DNA of 64,000 nt from Saccharofermentans sp. (GTDB lineage: Bacteria > Bacillota > Clostridia > Saccharofermentanales > Saccharofermentanaceae), in assembly GCA_024688685.1 (NCBI GenBank), contig JAILDX010000018.1:6588-70587 (forward strand). Direction: 5' to 3'. The first letter of the stretch is position 1, and the number at the start of each line of letters is the position of its first letter. Under the pieces are notes generated by a model that was given only the letters and a program-made list of their open reading frames with translations, was not told where the DNA came from and searched no databases. Shown here piece after piece: positions 18,748-28,741 of the stretch. Made by a program: the position numbers and the translations under genes.

Positions 18748-20124
18748 ATGGGTTTAATTTCATTACTTGGTAATGTTATCAACACAGTCAGGGATTCTGC
18801 TGTTTCTGAGGTTCAGGATCAGTACATTGAAGTGTTTAAGTGTGATTCACTTGGACAGGATGTATTGGTAAGAAAGGGTGCTCAGAGGATCGTTAAGGGT
18901 AATAACAAGGGTAATACCGAGGTAATTTCTGACGGATCAGTCATCCTCGTACCCGAGGGCACAGCGCTTTTGCTTGTTGATAACGGTGAGGTTATCGATT
19001 TTACAACAAAGGCTGGCCGCTATCAGTGGGATTCTTCATCTTCACCTTCAGTTCTTGCAGATTCTCATCTCCTTGAGAATGCAAAGAAAGTTGTTAAGGA
19101 TACATGGGAGAGGATGAGAGCCGGTGGTGAGCTCACAAAGCAGCAGAGAGTTTATTTCGTTAACCTGCTCGAGATCAGGGACCAGAACTTCGGTACACCT
19201 AAGCCGATTCCCTATGCAGATCCTGAGTACAGGAACATCTACATCAGCATGAACGGTAAGTTCTCCTTCAGAATCGAAGATCCTGTTGCGTTCTTCAAGA
19301 AGGTTTCTTCCAACATCGCCGGTGAGTACAAGGTAATCGACCTTATGGGTAAGCCTGCAGATATGCTCCAGCCCAGAGTTGAGTTCCTTGATCATCTTAC
19401 AGAAGTTGTTAACCGCTGCGGTGGTACAGACAAGATCATGTTTGCTAACCTCCCTACGGAGAAGACAAGACTTAGAAACTACATGCGTGAAGCTCTTGAC
19501 GAGGATTGGCTCCAGGCAAGAGGTATCGTAGTAGACGAAGTTGCTATCGCTGTTATCACACCTGATGACAAGTCCCGTGAGAGAATCGAGCAGGTCGATC
19601 AGTCCAAGATGTTTGGTGCAGACCCCAATGCTTTGGCAGCTGCAGCAGTTCTTGGCCAGACAGAGGCTCTCAATACAGCAGCAGGCAACTCAGCTGGTGC
19701 TGCTACAGGTCTCATGGGTATGGGTCTTGTTGGCGGTATCGGCCAGATGGGCGCTACAAACGCAGCATTCAACTATATGGGTCAGCAGCAGCAGATGCAG
19801 GCTCAGCAGGGTGCTGCAGGCATGGCAGCAGGTGCAGCTGTAGGCGCAGCAGTAGCAGGCGCAGCAGGCGGATGGACATGTCCTCAGTGCGGTAAGGCCG
19901 GTAACACAGCTAACTTCTGCGGCAACTGTGGTACAAAGAAGCCTGAGCCCGCAGCAGCTTGGACATGCCCTCAGTGCGGTAAGTCCGACAACACAGCTAA
20001 CTTCTGCGGCAACTGTGGCACAAAGAAGCCCGAGGCAGCAGGTCCCTGGACATGCCCTCAGTGCGGTAAGTCAGATAACACAGCTAACTTCTGCGGCAAC
20101 TGCGGCACAAAGAAGCCTGAGTAA
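18748..20124 (+). CDS. SPFH/band-7 domain protein with three C-terminal double zinc ribbons
   Basis: GNTEVISDGS...NFGT SPFH-like body; three WTCPQCG..NTANFCGNCGTKKP repeats. Confidence 0.85.
   Translation: MGLISLLGNVINTVRDSAVSEVQDQYIEVFKCDSLGQDVLVRKGAQRIVKGNNKGNTEVISDGSVILVPEGTALLLVDNGEVIDFTTKAGRYQWDSSSSPSVLADSHLLENAKKVVKDTWERMRAGGELTKQQRVYFVNLLEIRDQNFGTPKPIPYADPEYRNIYISMNGKFSFRIEDPVAFFKKVSSNIAGEYKVIDLMGKPADMLQPRVEFLDHLTEVVNRCGGTDKIMFANLPTEKTRLRNYMREALDEDWLQARGIVVDEVAIAVITPDDKSRERIEQVDQSKMFGADPNALAAAAVLGQTEALNTAAGNSAGAATGLMGMGLVGGIGQMGATNAAFNYMGQQQQMQAQQGAAGMAAGAAVGAAVAGAAGGWTCPQCGKAGNTANFCGNCGTKKPEPAAAWTCPQCGKSDNTANFCGNCGTKKPEAAGPWTCPQCGKSDNTANFCGNCGTKKPE
19873..20121 (+). repeat. Three near-identical intragenic zinc-ribbon repeats (87-nt period)
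   Basis: TGGACATG(T/C)CCTCAGTGCGGTAAG...AACACAGCTAACTTCTGCGGCAACTG occurs three times. Confidence 0.95.
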
Positions 20125-20151
20125 TCGACTGTTACCAGAGAATAAAAACCT

Positions 20152-20180
20152 AAAGACCGCCTCAAAAGGGCGGTCTTTTT
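20152..20180 (+). terminator. Terminator after the SPFH gene
   Basis: AAAGACCGCC/GGCGGTCTTT hairpin plus T run. Confidence 0.8.
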
Positions 20181-20212
20181 ATGCTATGATTTACTAAATG
20201 CGGAGGTTAGTA

Positions 20213-21376
20213 ATGCAGTACAGAAATGGTTATTCGATGCTGGGTTACGGATGTATGCGATTTACATCCAGGAACGGAAACATCGATTATGAGAAGACAA
20301 AGTCTGAGATAAAGCGCGCCTATGAGCTGGGTGTGAACTATTTCGATACCGCATATATCTATCCCGGAAGTGAAGAGGTTCTCGGAAGGATTCTCGAAGA
20401 ACTTGAGATCCGCGATAAGATCATACTGACGACGAAGCTTCCGCAGTATCTTGTCAGGAACCGCGCGGCGCTCGACAAATATCTTGATGAGGAACTGAAG
20501 CGGCTACGTACAGACTATCTCGATAATTATCTTATGCACCATATGACGGACATAGCCCAGTGGGAGAAACTCGTAAGTCTTGGTGTTACCGACTGGCTGG
20601 ATGAGCAGAAGAAAGCGGGAAAAATCAGGCATGTCGGTTTCTCGTTTCACGGCAATACTGATATGTTCATTAAGATACTTAACGCGTATGACTGGGACCT
20701 TTGCCTGATCCAGTATAACTATCTTGATGAGAATTCGCAGGCTGGGCGCAAGGGCGTTGAAGCAGTGGCGGAGAAGGGCATACCGTTGTTTATAATGGAG
20801 CCTCTCCGTGGCGGTAAACTCGTTAATCTTCTGCCGGATAAGGCAAAGAAGGAGATAGCGGAGGATAAGCACGGATGGAGCGCTGCCGAGTGGGCGTTCA
20901 GGTGGCTCTGGAACCAGAAGGAGATCACATGCGTTCTGTCGGGAATGAACTCCATCGAGATGCTGGAGGAGAACTGCCGAATCGCGTCTGAGGCTGAGAT
21001 TGACGGTTTCGGTGACGAAGAATTTGCGATGATCGACAGGATAAAAGGCTATATCAATGAGACGATGAAGGTTACGTGCACGGGCTGCAAGTACTGCATG
21101 CCGTGTCCGAAGGGCGTTGATATTCCGGCAGTATTCTCATGTTATAACCACATGTATTCAGAGAATAAGGCGACAGGTCGCAAGGAGTTTTTCCAGACAA
21201 TAGCATTAAGACGCGAGCCTGCAATGCCGTCACAGTGCGTGAAGTGCGGGAAATGCGAGTCGCACTGTCCTCAGGTGATCGCTATACGGGATGAACTGGT
21301 CAGGGCACAGAAAGAACTGATGCCATGGTATTCAAGGATATGGTACAGAATCGCGAGACGTGTTATGGTTGGCTGA
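20213..21376 (+). CDS. Aldo/keto reductase with C-terminal 4Fe-4S dicluster
   Basis: LGYGCMR, YFDTAYIY, VGFSFH, IMEPLRGG, CTGCKYCMPCP, CVKCGKCESHCP. Confidence 0.9.
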   Translation: MQYRNGYSMLGYGCMRFTSRNGNIDYEKTKSEIKRAYELGVNYFDTAYIYPGSEEVLGRILEELEIRDKIILTTKLPQYLVRNRAALDKYLDEELKRLRTDYLDNYLMHHMTDIAQWEKLVSLGVTDWLDEQKKAGKIRHVGFSFHGNTDMFIKILNAYDWDLCLIQYNYLDENSQAGRKGVEAVAEKGIPLFIMEPLRGGKLVNLLPDKAKKEIAEDKHGWSAAEWAFRWLWNQKEITCVLSGMNSIEMLEENCRIASEAEIDGFGDEEFAMIDRIKGYINETMKVTCTGCKYCMPCPKGVDIPAVFSCYNHMYSENKATGRKEFFQTIALRREPAMPSQCVKCGKCESHCPQVIAIRDELVRAQKELMPWYSRIWYRIARRVMVG

Positions 21377-21458
21377 TATGTAATTCCTTTGTAACAGCAT
21401 ATAGTGTATAATGAACCTTTGAAAGAAACTATTCTCTATTCAGTTGGAGTTTTTATAA

Positions 21459-22472
21459 ATGGCAAAGAATAAAAAGAGTAAGATATCGTGCGATATGCCT
21501 GAGATCAAGAAGACCACCATTGGCGGTCAGGCTTTGATCGAAGGTGTTATGATGGTTGGTCCCAAGCGAACATGTATCGCTGTAAGGAAGGGCGACGGAA
21601 CGATCCATGTTGAAGAGATCCCCCAGACTGAGAAGGTAACGTACTTTGAGACAGTTCCTTTTATCAGGGGCTGCATCAGATTCTACAAGATGCTCGTTAC
21701 AGGTACGGGTGCGCTGATGAAGTCAGCCGACATCTCTGAGGAGGGAAAACCTGAGGAGAAGTCTGAGGACGGTGAAGAGGAGAAGAAGTCACTGCTCGAC
21801 AGGTATTTCGAGAAGCACTACAATCTCATGATCACACTCTCTGCTATTGTGGGTATCATCCTGAGTGTGGGTATCTTCCTGCTGCTCCCGAAGGTCATCG
21901 TTGATATTGTTTCGAGATATATCGTTGATGAGGTTTATAACACGGTAAAGGTGTCCGTTATCCTGAATCTTATTGAGGGATTCCTGAGGATGATGTTCTT
22001 CTTTATCTATCTGATCTTTGCGTCCAAACTGCAGGATGTCAAGCGTGTCTGGCAGTATCACGGCGCTGAGCACAAGACGATCGCCTGCTATGAGGCAGGC
22101 ATGCCGCTGACTCCCGAGAACGTTATGAAGTTCCCGAGATTCCACCCCAGGTGCGGAACGGCATTTATGTTCATAGTTATGGCGATATCGATACTCATCT
22201 ATACGTTGGCAGGTATCGTTATAGGCGAGCAGAGTATGTGGATCAATGTGCTGATGAGGATTATCCTCGTGCCGATCATCTGCGGTATCTCATTTGAGTT
22301 CCTGCGTTTCGTCGGCCGTCATGATAAGAATCCCTTCTGCAGATTTCTGTCCAAACCCGGTCTGTGGCTCCAGAACTTCACTACAGAAGAGCCTGATGCC
22401 AAGATCTGCGAGGTTGCCATCGCTTCAATGATGGCCGTTATTCCTGAAGACAAAGAAGACGATGTGTGGTAA
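21459..22472 (+). CDS. DUF1385 membrane protein (YqhQ-like)
   Basis: IGGQALIEGVMM, YHGAEHK, HPRCGT, TTEEP. Confidence 0.9.
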   Translation: MAKNKKSKISCDMPEIKKTTIGGQALIEGVMMVGPKRTCIAVRKGDGTIHVEEIPQTEKVTYFETVPFIRGCIRFYKMLVTGTGALMKSADISEEGKPEEKSEDGEEEKKSLLDRYFEKHYNLMITLSAIVGIILSVGIFLLLPKVIVDIVSRYIVDEVYNTVKVSVILNLIEGFLRMMFFFIYLIFASKLQDVKRVWQYHGAEHKTIACYEAGMPLTPENVMKFPRFHPRCGTAFMFIVMAISILIYTLAGIVIGEQSMWINVLMRIILVPIICGISFEFLRFVGRHDKNPFCRFLSKPGLWLQNFTTEEPDAKICEVAIASMMAVIPEDKEDDVW

Positions 22473-23205
22473 AGACGGCCACCCGGATTACCCTGACGCA
22501 TACAGGGACGGGGTTCAGGATTTCTATTATGAGACTTATAAAGTAGCAGAGGGCGTTCTTATTCCGCGCCCTGACACGGAGCTGCTGGTTGAGGCGGCTC
22601 TTGCTGTCTGCGGAGCTCTTAAGACTCCTATGGGTGATGTTGCGGGGATCGTTCCTTCTGTCCTGACCTCGAAAATGATGATCGCCGATCTCTGCACAGG
22701 AACGGGATGCGTGGGAATATCAGTATCCAATGCGTTGGTGCGTGCGGGGCGCGATGTTAAGTGTGTTCTTGTTGATGTGAGTGATGAGGCTCTCAGTTGT
22801 GCGGCGTCTAATCTTGAGGTTGCCCTTGGGGATGTGTCTGTTATTAAGGGTGACGTTCTTGGAGATGCTGATGAGCTGGCAGGATGCATAGGGTCCGGGC
22901 TGTCTCTGATCACGTCCAATCCACCTTATATAACTGACGATGAGATGGAGGAGCTTCCGTTAAGCGTCAGATATGAACCGGAACTCGCACTGCGCGGCGG
23001 GGAAGACGGACTTGTTTTCTATCACAGATTGTGTAAAATTGCGCAAAACGCTCTTGAAGACAGCGGCTGGCTCCTGGTTGAGCATGGATATCTTCAGCAG
23101 GAAGCTGTGATGAGTATTTTTCGTAATAACGGTTTCTGTAATATTATGGGTCTTAAGGACTTCGGCGGAAATCCGCGAGTTGTTCTTGGTATGTGGAGGA
23201 ACTGA
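22462..23205 (+). CDS. prmC: Release-factor glutamine methyltransferase PrmC/HemK, short N-terminus
   Basis: VLIPRPDTELLVE, DLCTGTGC, SNPPYI, EPELALRGGEDGL. Confidence 0.85.
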   Translation: MCGKDGHPDYPDAYRDGVQDFYYETYKVAEGVLIPRPDTELLVEAALAVCGALKTPMGDVAGIVPSVLTSKMMIADLCTGTGCVGISVSNALVRAGRDVKCVLVDVSDEALSCAASNLEVALGDVSVIKGDVLGDADELAGCIGSGLSLITSNPPYITDDEMEELPLSVRYEPELALRGGEDGLVFYHRLCKIAQNALEDSGWLLVEHGYLQQEAVMSIFRNNGFCNIMGLKDFGGNPRVVLGMWRN

Positions 23206-23206
23206 T

Positions 23207-23419
23207 ATGGCCGGAAAGTTCTTTTTGTATCAGTATGAAGTGGGCGATATTGTTACCTTCAAGAAACCGCATCCCTGTGGGAACTGTGACTGGCGTGTCA
23301 TTGCCGTCGGTGGTGAGATCAAGGTAAAGTGTGCCGGGTGCGAACGAATCCAGGTACTGAAGAGAGACAAGATAGAGAAGGCGACAAAGTCGGTAAGGAA
23401 AGCAGATGATCAAGAGTAA
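23207..23419 (+). CDS. DUF951 family protein
   Basis: YEVGDIV.FKKPHPCG...W...G.EIKVKC.GC. Confidence 0.85.
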   Translation: MAGKFFLYQYEVGDIVTFKKPHPCGNCDWRVIAVGGEIKVKCAGCERIQVLKRDKIEKATKSVRKADDQE

Positions 23420-24041
23420 GAGTCGAGATAAGCGCTTTTATAAGAGACTTGGCATGACGATACTGGGAGTTCTGTTCCTCGGTGTTGCAGTCGGGTTTAT
23501 GAATTACTCCAATTTTGGAATGGATCCTTTCCAGACATTTGCTCACGGAGTTGCTCTGCATGTTCCGCTTCAGTTTGGTACGACGTATCTGATAATCAGT
23601 GCTGTTGAGCTCGCTGTTATCTTCTTTGTAGATAAGAGCAAAATAGGCCTCGGAACCATGATAAATCTATTCCTTCTCGGATATGTTGTCGATTACAGTA
23701 CGATCTATATCGGGAAGCTTTTTGATATGCTCGGAGGCGGGCTCGTCTGGCATATTGTAAGTCTCGTTATAGGAGTTGTTCTGCTGTGCTTCTGCTCAGC
23801 GTTTTATTTCACTGCAGATATGGGTGTGTCAACGCATGACGCAGTGTCGCTGATCCTTTCCGAGAAACAGAATAAGATCCCTTTTGCTTGGCTCAGAGTA
23901 ATAAATGATATTGTCTGTGTCGTTGTCGGTGCGCTTCTCGGTCAGATGTTCGGGATCGGAACGGTTGTATCCGCGTTTTTCACCGGACCTCTGGTTTCGT
24001 TCTTCAGAAAGAATTGCGCGGAGCCGTTTCTGGAGCGGTGA
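23406..24041 (+). CDS. YczE/YyaS/YitT-family membrane protein
   Basis: FGMDPF, IGLGT, GIGTVV repeats; about 6 TM helices. Confidence 0.8.
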   Translation: MIKSKSRDKRFYKRLGMTILGVLFLGVAVGFMNYSNFGMDPFQTFAHGVALHVPLQFGTTYLIISAVELAVIFFVDKSKIGLGTMINLFLLGYVVDYSTIYIGKLFDMLGGGLVWHIVSLVIGVVLLCFCSAFYFTADMGVSTHDAVSLILSEKQNKIPFAWLRVINDIVCVVVGALLGQMFGIGTVVSAFFTGPLVSFFRKNCAEPFLER

Positions 24042-24133
24042 GGGTTGGTTGTGGTTGTTGGTTGTTGGTTGTTAAGAATCGTTATGTGTCCCTTTTTACA
24101 ATTTGGCAGTCCTGTTTGAAGCAGATGTGTCCC

Positions 24134-25006
24134 CTATGTTTGAGAAAGCTCCTGACTGACGCAGATATGCCTTCCGTCGATATCCTCGAAAACAAACTGC
24201 CTGTTTACACTGCTGTTCACAGCATCTTCAGCTGATCCCAGATCCTCAACGATCTTTACGCCGTTGCCCTTGATCTCATTGTAAAAAAGAAGGGGCTCGG
24301 AAACGTACAGATACATATCGTAACTGACATCCGCGATCTTTCTTAACGGTTCCATCATTCCCTTTGCGAGGACAAGTACTACATTATCTCTTGTCAGCTT
24401 TATGTGCGGCATTGACTCGTCGTCGAGATGGACCGCCCTAAACCCGAGATTGTTCTCGTAATAAAGCGCTGTCTTTATCGGATCGCTGCAGACGAAAACA
24501 GCGGCGTTGCTGTTCAGCAGGTGGAGAGAGCCGGTCTGTTCTTCTGAGGACTCATTGTTTTCGCCGGCATCAGGAGTGATGTTATTCTCCTGAGATTGAG
24601 AACTGTCACTGTTTTGAGAACCGTCCCTAAATCCAAGGAGAGGCTTCAAAAAGGCGTTCTCGTGGTCAGTAAGGGAGTTTAGCATATCCGACCTTGCCAT
24701 GATGTCTTCGTGTGTCATGTTCTCAGGGATCTCACGCAGAGACTCAATCTTCTCACAGTATTCGGCAAGGCTTACGAACCTCACATAAAGAGGCATGATC
24801 TCATCGCACGAAGAGGGGAGATCCCTGCTGCCGTGAAGGAACATCATGCCGTATTCCACCGCCTCGGCAGGGAGGCCGGACATCAGTCGGTTCAGGAAAA
24901 GGAGCTCATCCATAGCCTTCTCATCACAGTCTCCGACCTTCAGAATCTCTTCCATCATATCGAAAACGACGTTCATGTCGTGGGGCGGGTATTCTTTGTT
25001 TATCAT
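24134..25006 (-). CDS. Protein with C-terminal VOC/glyoxalase domain
   Basis: VCSDPIKTALYYENNLGF...RQFVFEDIDGRHI; N-terminal helical region not recognised. Confidence 0.65.
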   Translation of the reverse strand: MINKEYPPHDMNVVFDMMEEILKVGDCDEKAMDELLFLNRLMSGLPAEAVEYGMMFLHGSRDLPSSCDEIMPLYVRFVSLAEYCEKIESLREIPENMTHEDIMARSDMLNSLTDHENAFLKPLLGFRDGSQNSDSSQSQENNITPDAGENNESSEEQTGSLHLLNSNAAVFVCSDPIKTALYYENNLGFRAVHLDDESMPHIKLTRDNVVLVLAKGMMEPLRKIADVSYDMYLYVSEPLLFYNEIKGNGVKIVEDLGSAEDAVNSSVNRQFVFEDIDGRHICVSQELSQT

Positions 25007-25108
25007 TGTTACACTCCCTTTAGCTGTTATCTTTCACGCGCTTAATTATATCGGATTTGAAGGACAGGCCGCAAGGTGTATAATGACTTTCGCGGAGGAA
25101 ATCAAAGT

Positions 25109-25585
25109 ATGGCAGGCAGCAAGAAGACGAATGCGATGAGGATGCTCGACTCAGCGGGCATTGATTACAGTGTGCTCGAGTACGAGTTTGATGAGAACGA
25201 CCTGGACGGACACCATGTCGCCGAATATCTGAACCTTCCATACGAGGAAGTTTTCAAGACGATCGTCGCGAAAGGCGATGACGGATATGTTGTATTCTGC
25301 CTCTCCGTTGACGATGAACTTGATCTGAAGAAGGCGGCAAAGCTGGCGAAGTCGAAGAGGGTGGAGCTGATCCACGTTAAGGAGCTGCTGCCGCTGACAG
25401 GTTACATCAGGGGCGGGTGTTCTCCGATAGGAATGAAGAAAAAGTTTCCCACCTATATTGATGAGATGATAGAGTTGGTCGATGATGTTTCGGTGTCGGG
25501 AGGCGTAAGAGGAATGCAGATCCGTCTTAAGGCTTCCGACCTCGTTGAATACACACAGGCTGTTGTCGGAGATATAACAGGCTAA
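25109..25585 (+). CDS. ybaK: Cys-tRNA(Pro) deacylase
   Basis: KTNAMR.LD, VFKTIV, TGYIRGGCSPIGMKK. Confidence 0.92.
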   Translation: MAGSKKTNAMRMLDSAGIDYSVLEYEFDENDLDGHHVAEYLNLPYEEVFKTIVAKGDDGYVVFCLSVDDELDLKKAAKLAKSKRVELIHVKELLPLTGYIRGGCSPIGMKKKFPTYIDEMIELVDDVSVSGGVRGMQIRLKASDLVEYTQAVVGDITG

Positions 25586-25628
25586 TGTGCTATAATTATT
25601 TTTAAATATAAATCAGGAGTTTAATGGT

Positions 25629-27077
25629 ATGCCAATGATAGACCCAAAATCATTTACTATTGATAATATCGAGAAGGGATCGAGGCTGTTCTTTATCGGC
25701 ATCGGCGGAATCTCGATGTTTGGGCTGGCGCAGCTGGCCGGTGATTACGGTTTCGTTGTAGGCGGTTCTGACAATCATCCCAATGAGAGAACAGAAGAGC
25801 TTGCTTCCAGAGGAATCGAGATTTTCAACTGTCAGGACGCGAGGAATATCGATCAGTTCAGTCCCGATTATGTTATCAGGACTGCCGCTGTAAAGGATAA
25901 CAACGCTGAAGTCATCAGATGCAGGGAGAAGGGCATACAGATCTTTGACAGGTCTGAATTCCTGGGGGCGATGACGAGGAGTCATAAGAGCGTCATCAAT
26001 ATTTCGGGAACGCACGGAAAGACAACGACAACTTCCATGACAACACTGATGCTCATGGAGGCAGGTATCAGACCTACAGTTCATATCGGTGCACCTGTTC
26101 CTTCTTTGGACAACAAGACGGTCATTCTCGGTGAAGGAAGGGATCTCCTCGTATCAGAAGCGTGTGAGTTCAACAGGTCGTTTTATGAGTTTACTTCCAC
26201 AACTGCTGCAATTACGAATATCGACCACGATCATATCGATATCTATCCGAAGCTGCAGGATGTTATCGAGGCGTTCAGCGTGTTTATCGGGAAGACGAAG
26301 GACAGCGGCAATATCGTCGTTACAAAGGGCGATAAGAACATCGTAAAATCCGTTGAGCTGGCAAGGGAAGAGTTTGCAAAGGAAGGCCGCACTTTCCCTC
26401 GAGTCGTTACGTGTGGAAGAGCGGAGAATGAAGATGCTGATTTTGCTGCGAAGAATATCGTGTTTACGGAAGGTCATCCTTCGTTTGATCTTTATATCTA
26501 CGGTGAGAAGGCAGGACATATATCTCTCTGCATTCCGGGAAGCCATAATATAGATAACTGTCTTATCGCGGCAGCGTGTGCATATCTTAACGGAGCTGAT
26601 GCGGATTCTGTCTGCAGAGCTTTGGACGGGTTCACTGGTGCTGATGGAAGATACACGATAAAGGGGCAGTACAAGGGCTGCGATGTTGTCGTTGATTACG
26701 CACATCATCCCGCTGCTGCCAGGGCAACTATCGAAGCTGCATCGAATATGCCTCACGGTGATATCCTTGTTGTGTTCCAGCCTCTTACTTACTATCGCGT
26801 GAAGGTTCTGTTTGAGGATTATGTAAACACACTTCTGCCGTGCAAGAAAGTATTGTTCGGAGAGGTCTATTCCGACAGGGAAGATACCGACTATGGTGTT
26901 TCCAGCAAGGACATTTCAGACGAGATAAACAGACGCGGAGGAGATGCTGAATTCTACAGCAACAAGATGGATATCATTCCGAGAATAGATGCGCTTGTTA
27001 AGCCGGGCGATATCATCCTTATTCTTGGACCTGAAGATATCAGAGAACTCGGCGATATTATCTGCTCAAAGGGATAA
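25629..27077 (+). CDS. murC: UDP-N-acetylmuramate--L-alanine ligase
   Basis: FIGIGGISM, SGTHGKTTT, EACE, NIDHDH, DYAHHP, VFQP. Confidence 0.9.
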   Translation: MPMIDPKSFTIDNIEKGSRLFFIGIGGISMFGLAQLAGDYGFVVGGSDNHPNERTEELASRGIEIFNCQDARNIDQFSPDYVIRTAAVKDNNAEVIRCREKGIQIFDRSEFLGAMTRSHKSVINISGTHGKTTTTSMTTLMLMEAGIRPTVHIGAPVPSLDNKTVILGEGRDLLVSEACEFNRSFYEFTSTTAAITNIDHDHIDIYPKLQDVIEAFSVFIGKTKDSGNIVVTKGDKNIVKSVELAREEFAKEGRTFPRVVTCGRAENEDADFAAKNIVFTEGHPSFDLYIYGEKAGHISLCIPGSHNIDNCLIAAACAYLNGADADSVCRALDGFTGADGRYTIKGQYKGCDVVVDYAHHPAAARATIEAASNMPHGDILVVFQPLTYYRVKVLFEDYVNTLLPCKKVLFGEVYSDREDTDYGVSSKDISDEINRRGGDAEFYSNKMDIIPRIDALVKPGDIILILGPEDIRELGDIICSKG

Positions 27078-28598
27078 GTGATGAAGTCTCAGCACAGACA
27101 GGATCCGAAGGGCAAAAATACCTGTACACCAAGAGGCAAGTTTAAGAAGCTTCCTCCTGCGGCGTATATATGGGGTGTTATAACTCTTCTGTGTGTTATC
27201 CTGCTGGCTGTTCTGTACAGTAATACTTCAAAGGGTGCATCCGACAGTAATCCGCTCCTGCTGATATACAACAGGACAGGAAAGACGTTCTATATTTCTG
27301 AACCGGCTTTTGCCAACAGTATCCATGCAGCAGGATTTGATTATCTGATCACCGGCGAGACTAAGAATGAGATCCCTGAAGATATAACGGGAAGACATGT
27401 AGTCATCATGGGTGTAGGCAATGACTCTTTTACACTTATGCGTGACATCAATGAGAATACTTTGGGAACTGCTAATAAGGGCGGTAATAACATCCTCGGA
27501 TATATACTCGTCGATCCGAAGTATCCCGGCAATCTTTCGGTGGAGAAATATGATTACAATCATCCCTCGTGTGAGGTTGCGATGTTCGGTTTCGGGAAGA
27601 GTGCGTCTTCCACGAGCAGCATGAGTGATGTCAGACGCCTTTTCGAGAGGATGAGTGGTGTGGATACGGTATATGGTCCGTATGCTTCGAGGGGATGGCT
27701 GCCGTCATCGAGGATCTATTCATCTGCGGATCAGAAGAGATATCTGTCTTTGTATGATCACCTGACTTATTCGATGCTGCTTAATCTGAGCGAGTATCAG
27801 AGTGAGCTTGCAGGTTATCTGGCAACTACATACGGTCAGACGATAGACTACGGAAGGATCAATACGTGGGTCATCCTGACTACTGCGGGAATACTGTTCA
27901 GCATTGCGTCGCTGTTTATGTTTCTGTTTTTTATCCCGGTTCCGGAGAGAAGGGGAATATCATTTGAGAAGGTTGGCGATGACGGAATGGCAGCGATCGT
28001 CAATATGGGTCTGGCCATATGGTTCGGAGTTCTCATAATTGCAGGGTACATGATCCCTTATACGCAGAAATACGTTATCTATATAATTGAGTTTGCTCCG
28101 CTTTTCATGATGCTTGTTATGGTATTGATGAGATCCGGATTCATTCTGACAAACAAGATCGTTTACACGCCGTCCAAGGCAGGCTTTGTCCGTACGCTGG
28201 CGGCAGCGGCAGGAGTTATCTCCGTATTTGTTTATTGCTATCTGCTTAGCACGGGCGGAACAAGTCTGGGAACGAGAAGAGACTTTGTATGGATCACCGC
28301 CGTGATTGATTTCCTGATCGTTACCGCACTTGGATTTATCGATAAGAAGAGCCGTGCGGGCGGAGAGAACGGGTGCTCGTATTTTGGCAATATTTTCTAT
28401 ATGATAGAACTTCTGATACCTGCGGGCGCTGCTGTGGCCACCAGTTTCTTCGACCTTGGAGAGCTCAATCCTGCTGTTTTGTGCCTGCTTACAGTAGTAT
28501 TCCCGTTTATCTGCTCCAACGCAGTTAAGCGCATATCTGACCATGTATATCTGGCGGGGCTCACGCACGCAGTCGTATTTGCTCTGCTCATTATGTGA
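27078..28598 (+). CDS. Membrane protein with N-terminal extracytoplasmic domain
   Basis: Long ORF; N-terminal anchor, soluble domain, about 8 C-terminal TM helices. Confidence 0.6.
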   Translation: MMKSQHRQDPKGKNTCTPRGKFKKLPPAAYIWGVITLLCVILLAVLYSNTSKGASDSNPLLLIYNRTGKTFYISEPAFANSIHAAGFDYLITGETKNEIPEDITGRHVVIMGVGNDSFTLMRDINENTLGTANKGGNNILGYILVDPKYPGNLSVEKYDYNHPSCEVAMFGFGKSASSTSSMSDVRRLFERMSGVDTVYGPYASRGWLPSSRIYSSADQKRYLSLYDHLTYSMLLNLSEYQSELAGYLATTYGQTIDYGRINTWVILTTAGILFSIASLFMFLFFIPVPERRGISFEKVGDDGMAAIVNMGLAIWFGVLIIAGYMIPYTQKYVIYIIEFAPLFMMLVMVLMRSGFILTNKIVYTPSKAGFVRTLAAAAGVISVFVYCYLLSTGGTSLGTRRDFVWITAVIDFLIVTALGFIDKKSRAGGENGCSYFGNIFYMIELLIPAGAAVATSFFDLGELNPAVLCLLTVVFPFICSNAVKRISDHVYLAGLTHAVVFALLIM

Positions 28599-28605
28599 TT
28601 TCTGC

Positions 28606-28634
28606 TTGACTTTATAGGACTTGATGAGTATTAT
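28606..28634 (+). promoter_or_regulatory. Sigma-A promoter of the rplU operon
   Basis: TTGACT-17 nt-TATTAT. Confidence 0.7.
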
Positions 28635-28639
28635 ATTCG

Positions 28640-28735
28640 GGTGACCGCATGCGCCGGGCTCTTAAACGCGCGCTTTTTAGAGATAAAAAGCCACTGCCTT
28701 GGACATAAGCAGCGAGACTGGAAGAACAGGAGGAC
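28640..28735 (+). ncRNA. Probable L21 ribosomal-protein leader
   Basis: About 100-nt 5' UTR of rplU with CCGCA...GCGAG and a GCTTTTTA/TAAAAAGC hairpin; position matches the Firmicute L21 leader. Confidence 0.5.
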
Positions 28736-28741
28736 ACTTAT

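Noticed and set aside
19873..20121. Regularly spaced repeats as a CRISPR array
   Set aside because: They are in-frame coding repeats with no unique spacers, and no cas genes are in the window.
24043..24073. GGTTGTT short tandem repeat
   Set aside because: Only about four imperfect units in a convergent intergenic gap, with no evident target for phase variation.
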